From positions 41,664,001 to 41,728,000 of the forward strand of contig CM022665.1 of assembly GCA_012295275.1 (NCBI GenBank): a DNA stretch of 64,000 nucleotides, given 5' to 3'. Both the position numbers and the translations under genes were made by a program. Source of the stretch: Chrysomallon squamiferum (taxonomy: Eukaryota; Animalia; Mollusca). Shown in pieces: positions 42,890 through 56,269 of this stretch. The notes under the pieces are model-generated. The model saw only the letters and a program-made list of their open reading frames with translations. It did not search any database and was not told where the DNA came from. Positions within the stretch are counted from its first letter, which is position 1. Each line of letters begins with the position of its first letter.

Positions 42890-43201
42890 TGAGAATGTTT
42901 GTTTGTTACTGGGACCAGCTGATGTTTATTTTTTGCAGTTATGTATTTTGATCTTGAACTGATTGAACTGGCTTTTTCTGTTTCTCTTTTTAAGATGATT
43001 GTATTAACTGATGTCATGTTCACATAATGAATTCTTCTTTCTTTCTTTTTGTACACATCTCCATCCACCCTCTGATACACACACACACACATACACAGTT
43101 TATATATATACATATTACAAGCACCATTGTACTAAATTAACACTAATGTTTTTTTAAATTCTTTTTGAGGTTATAAATGTACTGAAGAGGTAAAATGATG
43201 A

Positions 43202-43312
<111 letters not shown>

Positions 43313-43846
43313 TGAGTCTGATTTTAATTAGCTGTGTATTAATTAATTTAATGTTGCTTATAGTTCACTGATTTGGTACAACATTCTGTAAATAAATTAA
43401 ACTTTTAGTCTGGTTTTGGTGGGGGTTTTTGGTAAATTTACTGATAATAAATACTAAATTTGTTTTAAAAATAAAAATTATAATAATGATAATAAATTAA
43501 AGATGACAAGAATAAAATTTAAGTATGATAAGATAAAAAGACAGCTGAATATTTGGAATAGGTAAAGAAGTATTTGGATGAAAAAAAAAAGAAGAGAAAA
43601 AGAATTACGAATTCGACAGCCATTTTTGAACTGTGACGAAACTTGGTTAATAGAGATCTCATACAGCATGGTCTTGTATCACATTTTAAATTTTACACTA
43701 CTTACTCATAAAATGTACCAAGATTACAAATATTGTTCGTTATCAAGCACAGCATTGCTTCTTCTGCATTATTTATTTATTTTATTTGTTCTGTTCATTA
43801 GCAGTGTTTTTTAATTTAGTCTTTGTTGCTTTCTTGCTTTTGTCAG

Positions 43847-44001
43847 TCGAGAAACATACAATGCCCTGACAAACTGGCTCACAGATGCTCGGACACTCGC
43901 AAGTCCTAACATTGTCATCACACTGGTGGGCAACAAGAAAGATCTGGAATCGGAAAGAGAGGTTACTTTCTTGGAAGCCAGCAGATTTGCTCAAGAGAAT
44001 G
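43847..44001 (+). CDS. RAB4: Rab4 exon 5 (GNKKD)
   Basis: tttgtcag|TCGAGAA...GAGAATG|gtttgt; encodes [51 protein letters not shown]. Confidence 0.96.
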
Positions 44002-44403
44002 GTTTGTTGTTTGTCTTGTTAAGTATGGAAGTAGTAACAAAGTTCAAGCAACACAAACAAAATGAGAAGATGTCATAGAAATGCGTAACAAACCACGCGA
44101 CAGTCCAAGACTTTAAGCTACGTGTTAAAAGATTTGTTTGACACTTAGTACTTACAGTGATGTCTGAATTAAATTATTAAACAGCACTGCAAGATTTTGA
44201 TTAAAAGATTAACAGGAAAAGTAAATTAATACTCGTGTAATAGTTTTTCAGAATCGAATAAAAAGGTAAGAAAGAGATGAACACTTTGATGCATGTTTTG
44301 AATGAAAATGTATAATTATAATGTTGAATAATGTGCTTCTGCTTAGTAATTTGTAGATGAATGTGTTATAATGTTAGAAAGAAAATCTGTGTTGCATTCA
44401 CAG

Positions 44404-44499
44404 AGTTGATGTTTTTGGAGACGAGTGCTTTGACCGGAGAAAATGTGGAAGAAACATTTTTGAAGTGTGCCAGATCGATCCTCACAAAAATAGAATCGG
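44404..44499 (+). CDS. RAB4: Rab4 exon 6 (ETSA)
   Basis: cattcacag|AGTTGATG...GAATCGG|gtaaac; encodes [32 protein letters not shown]. Confidence 0.95.
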
Positions 44500-44928
44500 G
44501 TAAACCAAAATATCCTTTTATTTTCTGAATGAATAAATATTTATGTTTCCTCCACAGAATTAAATATTAATACAGTTATTGATGTATACTGTATTGTATT
44601 GTATTTTTTTAATTTTTTTTAATTCATTTCATTTCATTAATAGATTCTTGCATTAATGAAATCAAAAAGAGGAAACTAACTTGTGACATTTGAATTACTT
44701 CTTTCTGACTGCCACATTTGTATTTTCATTTCCTTCATTCTGACAATAGATAGTCCTTTGATTTGACATGCACCTTTACATTCAATTATTACATTTGTAT
44801 TTGTTAATAATTTACAGCTGTCCAGTTAACTTTATATAACAAATTTTCATCATTAAGTTATATATTATGTATTACATTAACATGTAGTAACTCAATTTTT
44901 TTTTTTTTTTTTTTTGTGTAATTATTAG

Positions 44929-45038
44929 GAGAGCTGGACCCAGAAAGAATGGGCTCAGGAATTCAGTATGGTGATGCATCGTTACGGAGACTTCACAGAC
45001 AACAGCAGACAACTAAGAGACCAGACTGTGCCTGCTAG
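44929..45038 (+). CDS. RAB4: Rab4 exon 7, C-terminus with CXC geranylgeranylation motif
   Basis: poly-T...attattag|GAGAGCTGGAC...TGTGCCTGCTAG; encodes [36 protein letters not shown]. Confidence 0.95.
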
Positions 45039-47259
45039 CAGACATCGTCCACATTGTCGTGGACTAACAAGTGCTTTCAGAAGAAACCCATTACATAACA
45101 CAGAGAAAGATCTGAAGAGGTTTTGATCTTAACATTGCATGTCTCAGCGTTTTTAAAACAAACACACTCTCTTTAGTTATTACTTGTAAATCTAACAAGT
45201 AAGATAAATATAAATTAAATTTGAAATATTTCCGATATAGAATTTATTTTGCATTTTATACACGCACACATGCATGCACACACGCACACACGTATTCACA
45301 TACATACATATATATATATATATATTATATATTATATTATTATTATTTTTTTGTTTCTGTTATATGATGGGTTGTATGTTGTTGTTGTTGTGATGTGTTT
45401 CACAGACTGATTGGTACAGGTGTTACTTGCAGCTGTTTTGTGAATATATACAATTACTGGTGAACACATTATTGAATCTGAAAAAATCCACCTTCAGTTA
45501 CAGTAAGCTGGGAGAGGTTTAGTCCTCACCCTTTTGAACTTGGTCCCTGGATGTTTATAAAAATTCATAGCACTTGGTTCTTATCTCTGATTAAATTTAT
45601 ATTCAAACATTTATATCTGTCGCACTAAATTTTACTTGCACACAGTGAAAAATACACACCGTTGTTTAGACTGTTGTTTGAGTATATCTTTATATCTATA
45701 TATATATATATTTATAAAGAGATATATATATATATATATATTGTAGCTTTAACACAAAAAATAACCATGACTTATTTTATTTTCAAGGATTTCTTCTTCT
45801 TATTTTTTTTTTTTTTTTAAGATGATGAAGGAATGTAGATGAAAAAAAAATACCCCAAATCTTGCAAGTAATTTTTCACCTAATGGTTGTTTTTTTTAAA
45901 ACATATTTATTATTTTATTTTATTTTATGAATGCCAGATTTAATAGAAAATGTGATCTGATGTGTGAGTTGTGATGATGTAGGTGACTACTGAAGATTGT
46001 TTTAAACACATTATTAAATAATGCATTTAATTTCATTTCTGCTTTGTACTACACAAGTGATATTATTAAAATCTATATGCTTTTTAATATAAAACCCCAA
46101 AAAAGAAAAGTAAAATTAAAAATAAAACAAATAAATAATAATAATATTTCTTACAGACTGTTTTGAATCATATAATGTATTTTGATTAACATCACCCTGG
46201 TAACAGCAGTTTTCATCACATTCTGTCCAGTTATGGGGTTTTTTCAGGTAGCATTTTCATTGCTGCCCCCCCCCAAAAAAAAAAAAAAATGTTGATTTGT
46301 TTTTCAAAAGTGGATTACATTTGTTACTGTGTTCTGTTACTTTCTATTAAAAATTTAGTTTTAATTAATGAAGTGTTAATTATAACAAACTTTGGTCAGG
46401 AATGACAATCATATAGTTGTGTTTGACAGTTTAAAAATGTGTGGAGGTCTTTCTAAACAAATGATTAAATAAATAAATTAAAATGAAAAAAAATGAACTA
46501 ATGATAATGTTTATTATTTATTTATTTAATGTTAATAATGGTTTCAGATTGTTCATTTTCACTGATAAATTACTGATATTAAGATTTGAGTAACACTTGA
46601 GATTAACAGTTGCTAGAAATGTTAGGAGACTTGTTAAAGGATCATTTTAAAATTATTTTTTATTTTTTGAAATGGTCACTCCCAGAAAATATTTCTCTTC
46701 AGTTATAAATTGTCAAAAACATATTCATTATTCTTTTATCATCATTTCAAATTCTTTTCATTTAACATTAAAATCCATCCATTTTTGTTTGGTTTTTTGG
46801 TTGATCTGTTATTACATTCGTGTAGAGAGATCTCAACAAGTATACAACTATTACTTTATATAAGGACTATTTGTTACTTTGACAATAATTATATTATAAT
46901 GATTTTATTTTATTTTATTTTTTTAAATTTTCTAACAGTAAAATGAAAAGATTTTCGACATGAAGCTTTCACAACTGCATTTTAGCCTTTAAAATTCACA
47001 TCTTTGCTACAGTAATGCTTTTTTTTTTTTTTTAAATTTTGTTCAGCTATCCATATATCTTTAGTTTCCAAAACACATTTACATCTCTGTGTGACAGTCT
47101 CCTGCCAGATCTTCAAATTCCAGACATTTCATCACTTAATAACAAAAGCTATAAAAGATAAAACAATAAAGAACAAATAAAATGCAGATGGGAAACATCA
47201 GATTTTAAACAATGAATTGTCAGTCCACATCATGCTATTGTTTGCAACATATTTATTAA

Positions 47260-47307
<48 letters not shown>

Positions 47308-50300
47308 TAACTAAAACATGCTAGGTTTGGATCTAAGTAACCGAATATTTTTTTTTGGGAGTGTCATGTAAATACTTTGGTATTACACACATCCATGCAT
47401 GAGTGTGCACACACAGTCACACACATGCACAAAACAACACAAAATAACTCTTTGGTTAATCATTGTTTTTAAACTTAAGCACAGGCATGTTTCATTTTCA
47501 GAAAACATCCACATTACAGTGTAAATGTTTGAACACATACATTATATCTATGTATGTATATATATGTATATGTATATGTAACAAAACCATGTTTGCACAC
47601 ATATTATGGCAACGTTATAAAATCTTCATTTGATGGATTTAATATTTTTGCTGTTTTTTTTACACCTGGGTAAAATATAAACATTTTATTATCTACAATC
47701 AGAAACATGTTGCATTATAATCAAAACAGTGATCTGCATTTTATAGCTTTAACTGTCTGTCACATGCATTGAAAACTCTGCACTCGGATCATTTTTATTT
47801 CTTTATCATGACTTCTCCACAATTTCTTCACCCATGTAAATGTATAATATTTATTTTTCATTTTTGTTTCCTATAACATTAACAGAAATGTCATTTGTGT
47901 CTGAGTATAAAATACCTCATATGACGATCATAAAAAGAAAATGATCACTATTCTGTTTTGAAGAGGTTTTTTTCTTCATTATAAAACTAGAGAACAGTGC
48001 AGTCTTCTTTATGGATCTTTAAGAATTGCATTAAATGAACTAGGCAAAAGTTTCATCAGCAATGTATTTAGCAGCATTTATTAATTTTTGAAAATGTTTT
48101 TATTCACCCGTTTATCTCTCTCTGTCAGTCAATCAGTCTACCCATCAACTGTGTCTGTTTGACTTTCTTTCTGTTTTGTATGAAAAGCATCTTCAAGACT
48201 GTTGTTACAAATGCACTTACTCCGAATCTTGCATTTGATGAAATAGTACAAAAACTCTTCATAGACTGGATGTTTGAAAAAAGCTTTGAAAGACTCGGCT
48301 ACTAAAGAATGTTAAGAATGATGTAAATAGCTCATTACGTTTCATGTACATGTGTATGTATCATTTGTAAATAAACTGTTGTACATAATTAGCAAAATTT
48401 AAAAATATTATTTACATTAGCTACACATATATGTTATGTATATAAACAGAAACTGGCAGTTTTTCTTGTGATCTGTGTTAGTAGTTATCTTTTTTAAAAT
48501 ACTGATGGTGTAAAATTTTGTTCAGAATTCTGCAGTTTTATTTATTTATTTAAATTTTTTATTACTTTTTTAATGTAAGAAAAAGCATGCCCAGTTTTGC
48601 AAGTCAAAGTTAAATATAAATTAAAATGTCTACTCCTTTTATTTTTTGCTGTAATCATACAGGAATTTTATCTAAATTCTTTTAAATAGGTAACTGATAT
48701 TTCCTTTCAAACCATATTTAAATATACCAGTTTTTGGACATATGTTTGATACATAAATGAAGCTTCCAGTAATTGTTATTTATACATAAACAATATTTCC
48801 TGGAATTTCTATTGGTACATAAACAAAATTCTAGGATATTCTTACAAATACACAAAATTTCTCAGACATTTTCTGTTAATATACAATAAGTGTTTAAAGA
48901 AAATTAATAATTGCCCAAACACATTATTCTAGGAACTGTTTGTACATAAACTTAATTACAGAAAAATAGTTTGGGAATTTATTTTTGTTTGAAAGTATTG
49001 AGAGAGAAATATTGGAAATTATATTATTATTCTTGTTATATTTTTTTTTAAATGGAAAAACATTTTTTTAATATTATTTTTAAATAATTACTAGAGAAAC
49101 TAACAGTTAATAATAACAAAAATAATGGTAATGAAATAATGTCATTTGTTACATGCACTGCATGCTTTAGTGAATGTGAGTTTGAAACTGGTGTGCTTGC
49201 TAATGATGTGTGTAAATAAATAAAAATTACATATATACAAATAAATGTTTTACAGCTTCTAATGAATTTTGTTTTCATTTTTAAATATCACTTGGTTTTT
49301 TCTTTTTTTAGTCTTCTTCTTTTTCTTCTTATTATTATTTAATTGTTCTTGGTTCAGGTATTGATAAATAACGAAGTTGTTATTACTCAGATAGTTACAG
49401 ATCTCAGATTTCAAAGGATATTGGAAAATATGTATTTTTTAATCAACATTTATTTAAATTAAGAGATGGAGTATCAAAACACACACATTCTGTATCACAG
49501 CGTTCATAGTTGAGGGTGATAAATTAATGATATTTTAAAGAACTCTTTTATTTTCACTGATTTCTGTGAATTGTATCCCTTGTTTCAGTGGCAAATGTTC
49601 CAAGTTTTTAAAATTTCCTTCTACCATAGATTTGCATCACATTAATAAAAAGCTAATTAATAAAACTGTGTAGAATACACGAGAAAGAAGAGTGCTTTCT
49701 CACTAAATAGCCAGATATATATTTTAACTGCAAAACAAAATTATGAGCTTGTATTTTTTTACCTTGGCAGTTCTGACTGCTATAGTAATGTATGTTTGCA
49801 ATTCAAGTACAACTAATTCTTCCTGATTCTCTGTATTAAAGTTTGGCCAGTGTTTTTTTTCAATGTTATTTGCAATAAAGCAGATTTATGCTTAGCGTTT
49901 TGAATGAACCAAGGACATAATGTCAAAAAAATATCTGCAGCATAATCTTAGCAAGATTTTCTGTGAAAATGATATATGTTAAGCAAACAGAGCTTTATTT
50001 TGAACTTTTTTGTAGTTTTACACAGAGAACATACAGAAAATGTTTAAATTAATAATTTATTTCACTTCTTTATGTACAAACAAAAAGCATAAAAATTAAA
50101 TTAACAAGCTTCTACTTAAATGTATTATGAAATTAAAAAAAAAAAAAAAATTAAATCAAAAAAAAAAAAAAGAAACCAACCAAATATTACTTGTTTAATT
50201 ACACATGAAGTTTGTATATTTATTTTTCAACAATCTGTTTCAGCGATTTTTCATTATCTTCAAACAGCAGATGAAATATCTTTCTTTGTGCCCAACAAAC

Positions 50301-51882
50301 AAGACAGAGATTATTTGAAAAAATTGAAAAAAATTGAAAAAAAAACCCCAAAACAACATTAAGTATTTTTGGACATCCTGCATCTAACAGATTTTCACAC
50401 ATTTTAAAAGGTTATGATGAACCACTCTTTACTTGTAGATGTTCAAAAGATTGGTGCAACTTTTTCAAGAAATATAAATACGATTCTTTTTTTTTCTTGC
50501 TCCAAATTTGTTTTAAATGAAATAATTGTGACTTAAAACATTCTTCTATACAATTATGACATAAATAACATGTAAAAATTTAATGCGCTTTGTAGATGAA
50601 AAAAATAGAAATCTCTCTCTATATCAATTGAAGGGAAATAACTCTAAAAATGCATGGACTAGTGGTGTTAACATTAAATTGTGAACTACTGGTGACAAAA
50701 AAATAAAAAATAATAATAAGTATTAATATCAAAATTTTTTTGGTGTAATTATGTAAATAATTTATAAAAGTATAAAATATACTTGATTTTTATTATTAGA
50801 AATGTACATGCACCATGTTACAAACAAGACAAAAACAACAAAAAATAAATATATAAAAAAAGAGAAGATAAAAATTAAATCAGACATTAGCATATCAGTC
50901 TCAAATGTGCATTTTTTTCAGACAAACATCAAAAGTTTTGAAATAAATTATTTAACAAATACCTGGACGAAACAGTCTTGGTTGACTGCAGGTTGATTCG
51001 ATGACAGATGGAAGATTTCCATGTTTCATGATTAGTTTCAGAACCGAAATCCTGTCTTCCCCCTTGTCTGACATTAACACTCATCTTTAAATTATCACCC
51101 ACTCACTGTTGTGAAACATTTAAATCAAAGGTTATTTTCTTAAATAAAGCATCTTGAGAATATTTATATCTCTCACTTTTTTTTTTTTTTTTTTTTTAAT
51201 AATTGAACACTCGTAACAGATAATTCAATTACACAGTCTTCTGTGGAAAAACCTGCTTAGTAATTCTAATAAACTTTCAGATGAGTGGAACACACATATC
51301 ATGACCCAAAATGGCAGTGAAAGAGATAGTTCCTTGATCAGCTGTGTATCACTAAAATGACACGTCCATCAAGTGAATTAACTGAAGAATTTCAAAATCA
51401 TGTACAGAACTCATTTACATTACACGTAAATATTACAGACATTAAATTAAATTATCAGTGGAAAAAAAAAAAACAAAACTACATGAAATATCACAGTAAG
51501 GAAGAAATATAAATGCTGTCATCTATGGTTTGATAAAGAAATAAAAATATTGTTTACTTTGACTTTGTCTCTTATATAAATATTGTTTAAAAAATCATGC
51601 TGTAAGAAAGTTTAGGCAAGTTTCTAGGTTTAATTTTTTTTTATTTATTATCATAGCATGATAGCCTTTTATTAGAAACTAGCAATATTTCTTACCAATG
51701 GTTTGGTTTTTCTTATTACTTAATTAGTAGATATCTGACAGAACAACAACAAAAAAACAAAAAAATAAAATAAAAATCTTTTGATATTATTTTCTTATGA
51801 TAAAACTGGTTTTGTAACACATTTTGTTTTGGACTGGGTGTTTCTGTGCACATGTGTATACATACATACATACACACATATT

Positions 51883-51914
<32 letters not shown>

Positions 51915-53032
51915 TATACATATACATACATACATACAAATATATTTTTACCAATGATTATAAAATTAATATTATTATTTCTATTTATCACATTCTATGT
52001 GATATTTTATATTATTTACAAAATATTTTTTTGTTTTTTAAATTCAGCTGTACATAAAATCAGCATCATATGTAATCATGTAAACTGAAACTGAACATGC
52101 TTTGTATACACATCTGTGACTGTAGGTATGGAAGATACAAGTGGAAGCTCTTTCATGAAGACTTCCATTTTTCTTTCTTGTACGTGCCTGGTTTTTCACC
52201 ACAGAGCTAAGTATAAAGCATCAGAGAACATCACATATAAAGAGAATGTCCATTTATTGTTACAACCTTGTTACCGTTATACTTTATCATTAGCAAAGAT
52301 TTGTTTAGAGTAACAAATAAAAATAAAAAAATCTCTGGAAATATCCCAAATATGTTCAGATCATTTGTAGATCTATATATATGTTTAATGTCCTAAACCT
52401 AATTCAGTGAGTTCGTTGTATATATTATTATCTCTTTCTGCTTGCTAGCATCACTATAGTTACATGTTTCTATTAAATATTTTCCATGTTTAATTATTAT
52501 TACATGCATCATAATGGATACAGATTAAAATTATAGTTTTAACATTTCATTATTTTTGAAATGTCAGAAAAGGTATACTTTAACATTGCGGTATAAAAGT
52601 TATTTTGGACATTTAAATTTTTTAATTATCACCAACAGGTATACTTTAATATTACAATATTACAATTAACCTGGACAAATCTAAAAGGTCTCGGACTTTC
52701 ATTTCTCAGTTATCAAAAAAGATACACAGTATTCAAATTATTTTTGACGAAAAAACAAATGTCTTGTACTCTATGTTTTTCATCATTTCCTTATATCTGA
52801 ACTATCATAAAAAAGGTACACTTTACTATTACATTAAAAATATAAAATGTCTCAAAATGTGTTTCATCATTTCATCATTATCATCAAAGCCACACAATAT
52901 CTGAAATATTCTTGACATATCAAAAAAATGTCTCATATTATCATTATTATTATTATTTTTTTTTTTTCCATTTCATTATTCTGGAATTATCATGAAAGCT
53001 AATGAAACATTTGAAACATTTTTTTGAAAGAG

Positions 53033-53066
<34 letters not shown>

Positions 53067-53106
53067 AATTTAAAAAAAGGTTTCCTACTACTAAATTAAT
53101 TACATG

Positions 53107-53364
53107 TTAATTCATGCACGACCCTGAAGCATGCCGAGCCGATGCGGCTTTTGCATATTCATAAGTGTCGTAAGGTAGAAAGTTTCTCTTGTACTCAGAT
53201 TCCCAGTCATTCAAATCTCTCTTTTCTCCTGAACGAAGGTTGTGTCTGTCAAACAGAGCATCCAGCCTTCTCTTGTGTTCCTCACACCTGCGCACTCTCT
53301 CTTCCACCCTCTGCATAAAGTGTTCTTCTTGTTTCTGCTTTGCTTTCAGAGCACCAGGGTAAAG
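53107..53364 (-). CDS. CCSAP: CCSAP last coding exon
   Basis: ttgtatttcag|CTTTACCCTGGT, phase 0; LYPGALKAKQKQEEHFMQRVEERVRR...DWESEYKRNFLPYDTYEYAKAASARHASGSCMN*. Confidence 0.85.
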   Translation of the reverse strand, partial: LYPGALKAKQKQEEHFMQRVEERVRRCEEHKRRLDALFDRHNLRSGEKRDLNDWESEYKRNFLPYDTYEYAKAASARHASGSCMN

Positions 53365-53938
53365 CTGAAATACAATTATATACTTTTATACTTATCTGTC
53401 TGTCAGTGCATGTATATATCCATCCACCTGTCTGTGTGTCTATCTATATATATATATCTATCTATCTATCTATACTTGTGTATGAGTTTAGTAATGTACA
53501 GGCTTTGACAGAGCAACATTTACTTATTCCTGGGACCTAAGCCAAATTCATCAGTGGGTCCACAAACTGAACGAAATGTTGGCATATTCCAATATATATA
53601 TATATACTTCTTTTTTTTTTTTACTGTAATGTGTTTGCAATGGCCAAATGACAAAAAAAACACCCCCAAAACAACTACATAATATCATAATATTATGATG
53701 TAAGGAATAAAAATTTCAACACAACATATCACGTCATTACTTTTAATCAAATTAATTTTTATTTATATCATGGGATATGTTATATTTTTGGGAATAATGA
53801 AAGAAACACAATTAACATGAAACACGATCTATTTTTGATAGCACATGAATTACAGCAAACTGTGTGCATTTCAAAATAACTTCTTCCTGCTTGTTTTCAT
53901 GGAAAATTTGTCATTGATGCTATTTGTATCAACAATGT

Positions 53939-54135
53939 AGGAGGCCAGATTCAATGCATAAAAATGAAAGTGTGTTTAATCTGGTCTGACTATAGAAGAC
54001 CTCAGGTGATTCTTTACCCTAGACAGAGCAGAGAAAGACTCATTCACAACTTTAATGGGGATATGCAACAATTTAGTTTCAGGGGGCCCTCAGTAGGTTA
54101 ATGGCTTACTATGCATATTGGTACATCTAGCCCTG
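53939..54135. mobile_element. degraded MITE-like element in a CCSAP intron
   Basis: Ends GAGGCCAGAT..ATGCATA / TATGCAT..ATCTAGCCCTG form an imperfect inverted repeat; internal GGGGGCCC. Confidence 0.4.
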
Positions 54136-54412
54136 TGTGTTTTTTTTATCTTATAAATGATCTTTCTTTAATAGGAAGATAAATCATACTACTGATACTA
54201 GTAAGGTCAAATTTAGTTTAACAACAATAGCCATAACAATAAAAAATAATAAAAACAAAAATAAATAATGTAGCAATGATAATTACAGCCAACACAATAA
54301 TAATAATAATAATGAAAACAATAATTTTAAGAACAACAATGATAATAATAATAAAAACAATAATTTTAACAAAAGTAATATAAACAACAACAATAATCAA
54401 AAACATACGTAC

Positions 54413-54645
54413 ATCAGCAGATGATCTGATGTTGTGAGTCAGGTGTTTGGCCTTTTCTGCCCAGCCATAAGGAACAAATGGAGGCCTAACAGACTCTGTG
54501 GAAATTCCAGCACAAGATGGACGAATTATTTTTTTGGCTTTTGGGATTTCCTTTATCCTGTCTGGTCGCTTCAGACAGCCATGTTTGACATTGTATGTCT
54601 TGTTGCTGGGAAACAGAGATTGTTGCTTCAATTTGGCTTTTCTAA
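54413..54645 (-). CDS. CCSAP: CCSAP middle coding exon
   Basis: Strong acceptor ttctcctttctcttacag|TTAGAAAAGCC and donor GCTGAT|gtacgt; 233 nt; RKAKLKQQSLF...PPFVPYGWAEKAKHLTHNIRSSAD. Confidence 0.82.
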
Positions 54646-55229
54646 CTGTAAGAGAAAGGAGAATAGTTGTGTTTGACAAAATATGAAGAAGCTTGGATTG
54701 AATTTCAGTCATACTGACTTGTATGATAAGAAAAAAAAAATAGGCATGACTGGCAAAAATATTCTATTTGTTATATAGTTGTACTGATTAACATAAAATA
54801 GCCGTGAATAGGTTTTATAAATTTTGGTTGCCAAACTTATAATTCTTTTTATTAGATATATTAATATAGGAATTATCTTTTCTTAAAAGTGATCTAGGAA
54901 AATGACAATGCTCAAGATCCTTTGATGTAACATCCTTATTTATAATTTTTTTTTTAAAAGTAATAATAAGAAATAATGAAAGAATAAATAAAATAATATA
55001 TATTCATATTATCATGAACTAAAAATAATTTAAAACTGCATACATGCAACTACCATTAAAATATAAGTTAAGAGCACACAAATAGAGCACACAAACAATA
55101 CAAAAACAAAAATGTTAAAACGTCAAAACATTTAAGCAGATAACGTGTACATGCAAATCAGAACAGTCTTTCCATTTTTAACAACAAAAACGCAAAACAG
55201 ACAAGACATAATCATTGCAGGTAGATTAC

Positions 55230-55647
55230 ATTCAACTCTCTGTTGTGTTCTAACTCTGTCTACATCTCTTTCATCCTCCTCCTCTGACCTGATGTCAGCA
55301 TCGTCTTTTTCTGTATTCGTACATTTATCTACTTTACCAGGTCCAGTTTGACTACAGACGTCTTCTTTGTCCATCTGCGTGTGTTTGTTCTTAGTTGCAG
55401 GTTTTTTCTTTGACCTGGGCCTGGATAGGTCTCGGCAGATGTTTTCTTTGCTCGAAGACAATGAATCATTTTCACTGGATGAAGTGTCTGATTCTTGGTC
55501 GGTTACTAGCCATTCTATTGGGGTGTGAGCATATTCGCGATTTTTACAGTAATTTCTGAACTCCAGACGTTCATAGTAACATGGCAGGTTCTTCTTCAGG
55601 TTAGAAATTTTAAACTGTCTCTGATATTCTGACCGTTTTGTGACCAT
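55230..55647 (-). CDS. CCSAP: CCSAP first coding exon (3' boundary uncertain: 55230 or 55338)
   Basis: aaaATGGTCACAAAACGG...; acceptor ttttttcag at 55692 just upstream. A phase-1 donor is needed: GAAT|gtaatc (end 55230) or CCTG|gtaaag (end 55338). Confidence 0.8.
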
Positions 55648-55731
55648 TTTGAAATTCTGTGTTCAGAAATGTTCTGTTAGTGCAATGTTTACTGAAAAAA
55701 AATGGAATGTGAAATATAAGATAAATAAAAA

Positions 55732-55773
<42 letters not shown>

Positions 55774-56181
55774 AATAAATTAAAAAAAAAATAATGGACT
55801 CAAATAAATTCCATATTATACAACCAATTTCTTACTTTTATATATATATAATTACATTTCATGAACTTATTTCAAAATAGATGCATTTTATATTATTTTA
55901 TTATAATTTATTTTAGATTTATTGTTGTTATATTAACATTATTATTAAAATATTGAATGTAATATAAAAGGATGGTTCTGCTTTGCATTAAAAATAAATT
56001 TTATAAATGAACATACTTCATGTCAGTAATATTTTTCTGATTATTTACAAAAACAATGTACATAAATTATAATAATAATAAAATAATGAAAAACATAAAT
56101 TAAAATATGTAAGATATCATTTGCTTTCTTCAATTCTAAATATAATAATTATATAATATATCATTCAAATCATGTCTTTAC

Positions 56182-56269
56182 CTTGCAATATGACAAAGAA
56201 CTCCTCTTACTTTCAAATCATTAACTTGGTTGGTTATGGGTTCACATATTTTGAGATTTGGATTACAAC
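56182..56269 (-). other. candidate non-coding 5'UTR exon of CCSAP
   Basis: Acceptor ttacttgcag| at 56270 and donor CAAG|gtaaag at 56181. An upstream exon is implied by the acceptor at 55692. Confidence 0.3.

Larger units (their letters stand above)
53107..55647 (-). other. CCSAP: CCSAP (centriole, cilia and spindle-associated protein) homologue, gene span start to stop; about 266-302 aa depending on the first donor
   Basis: Four blocks match recalled vertebrate CCSAP motifs in order: KRSEYQRQF..PCYYERLEFR..EYAHTPIEW (human KSEYMKRY..PCYRELLHYR..EQAHAPWLW); PFVPYGWAEK..THNIRSSA (PFALYGWGEK..THNVCASA); ALKAK (ALRAK); WESEYKRNF (WMTEYMRCY). Confidence 0.85.

Noticed and set aside
54646-54712. 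MTEIQSKLLHILSNTTILLSLT as part of CCSAP
   Set aside because: It overlaps a strong polypyrimidine tract and CAG acceptor at 54646, so it is more likely intron; upstream acceptors near 54714-54722 cannot be fully excluded.
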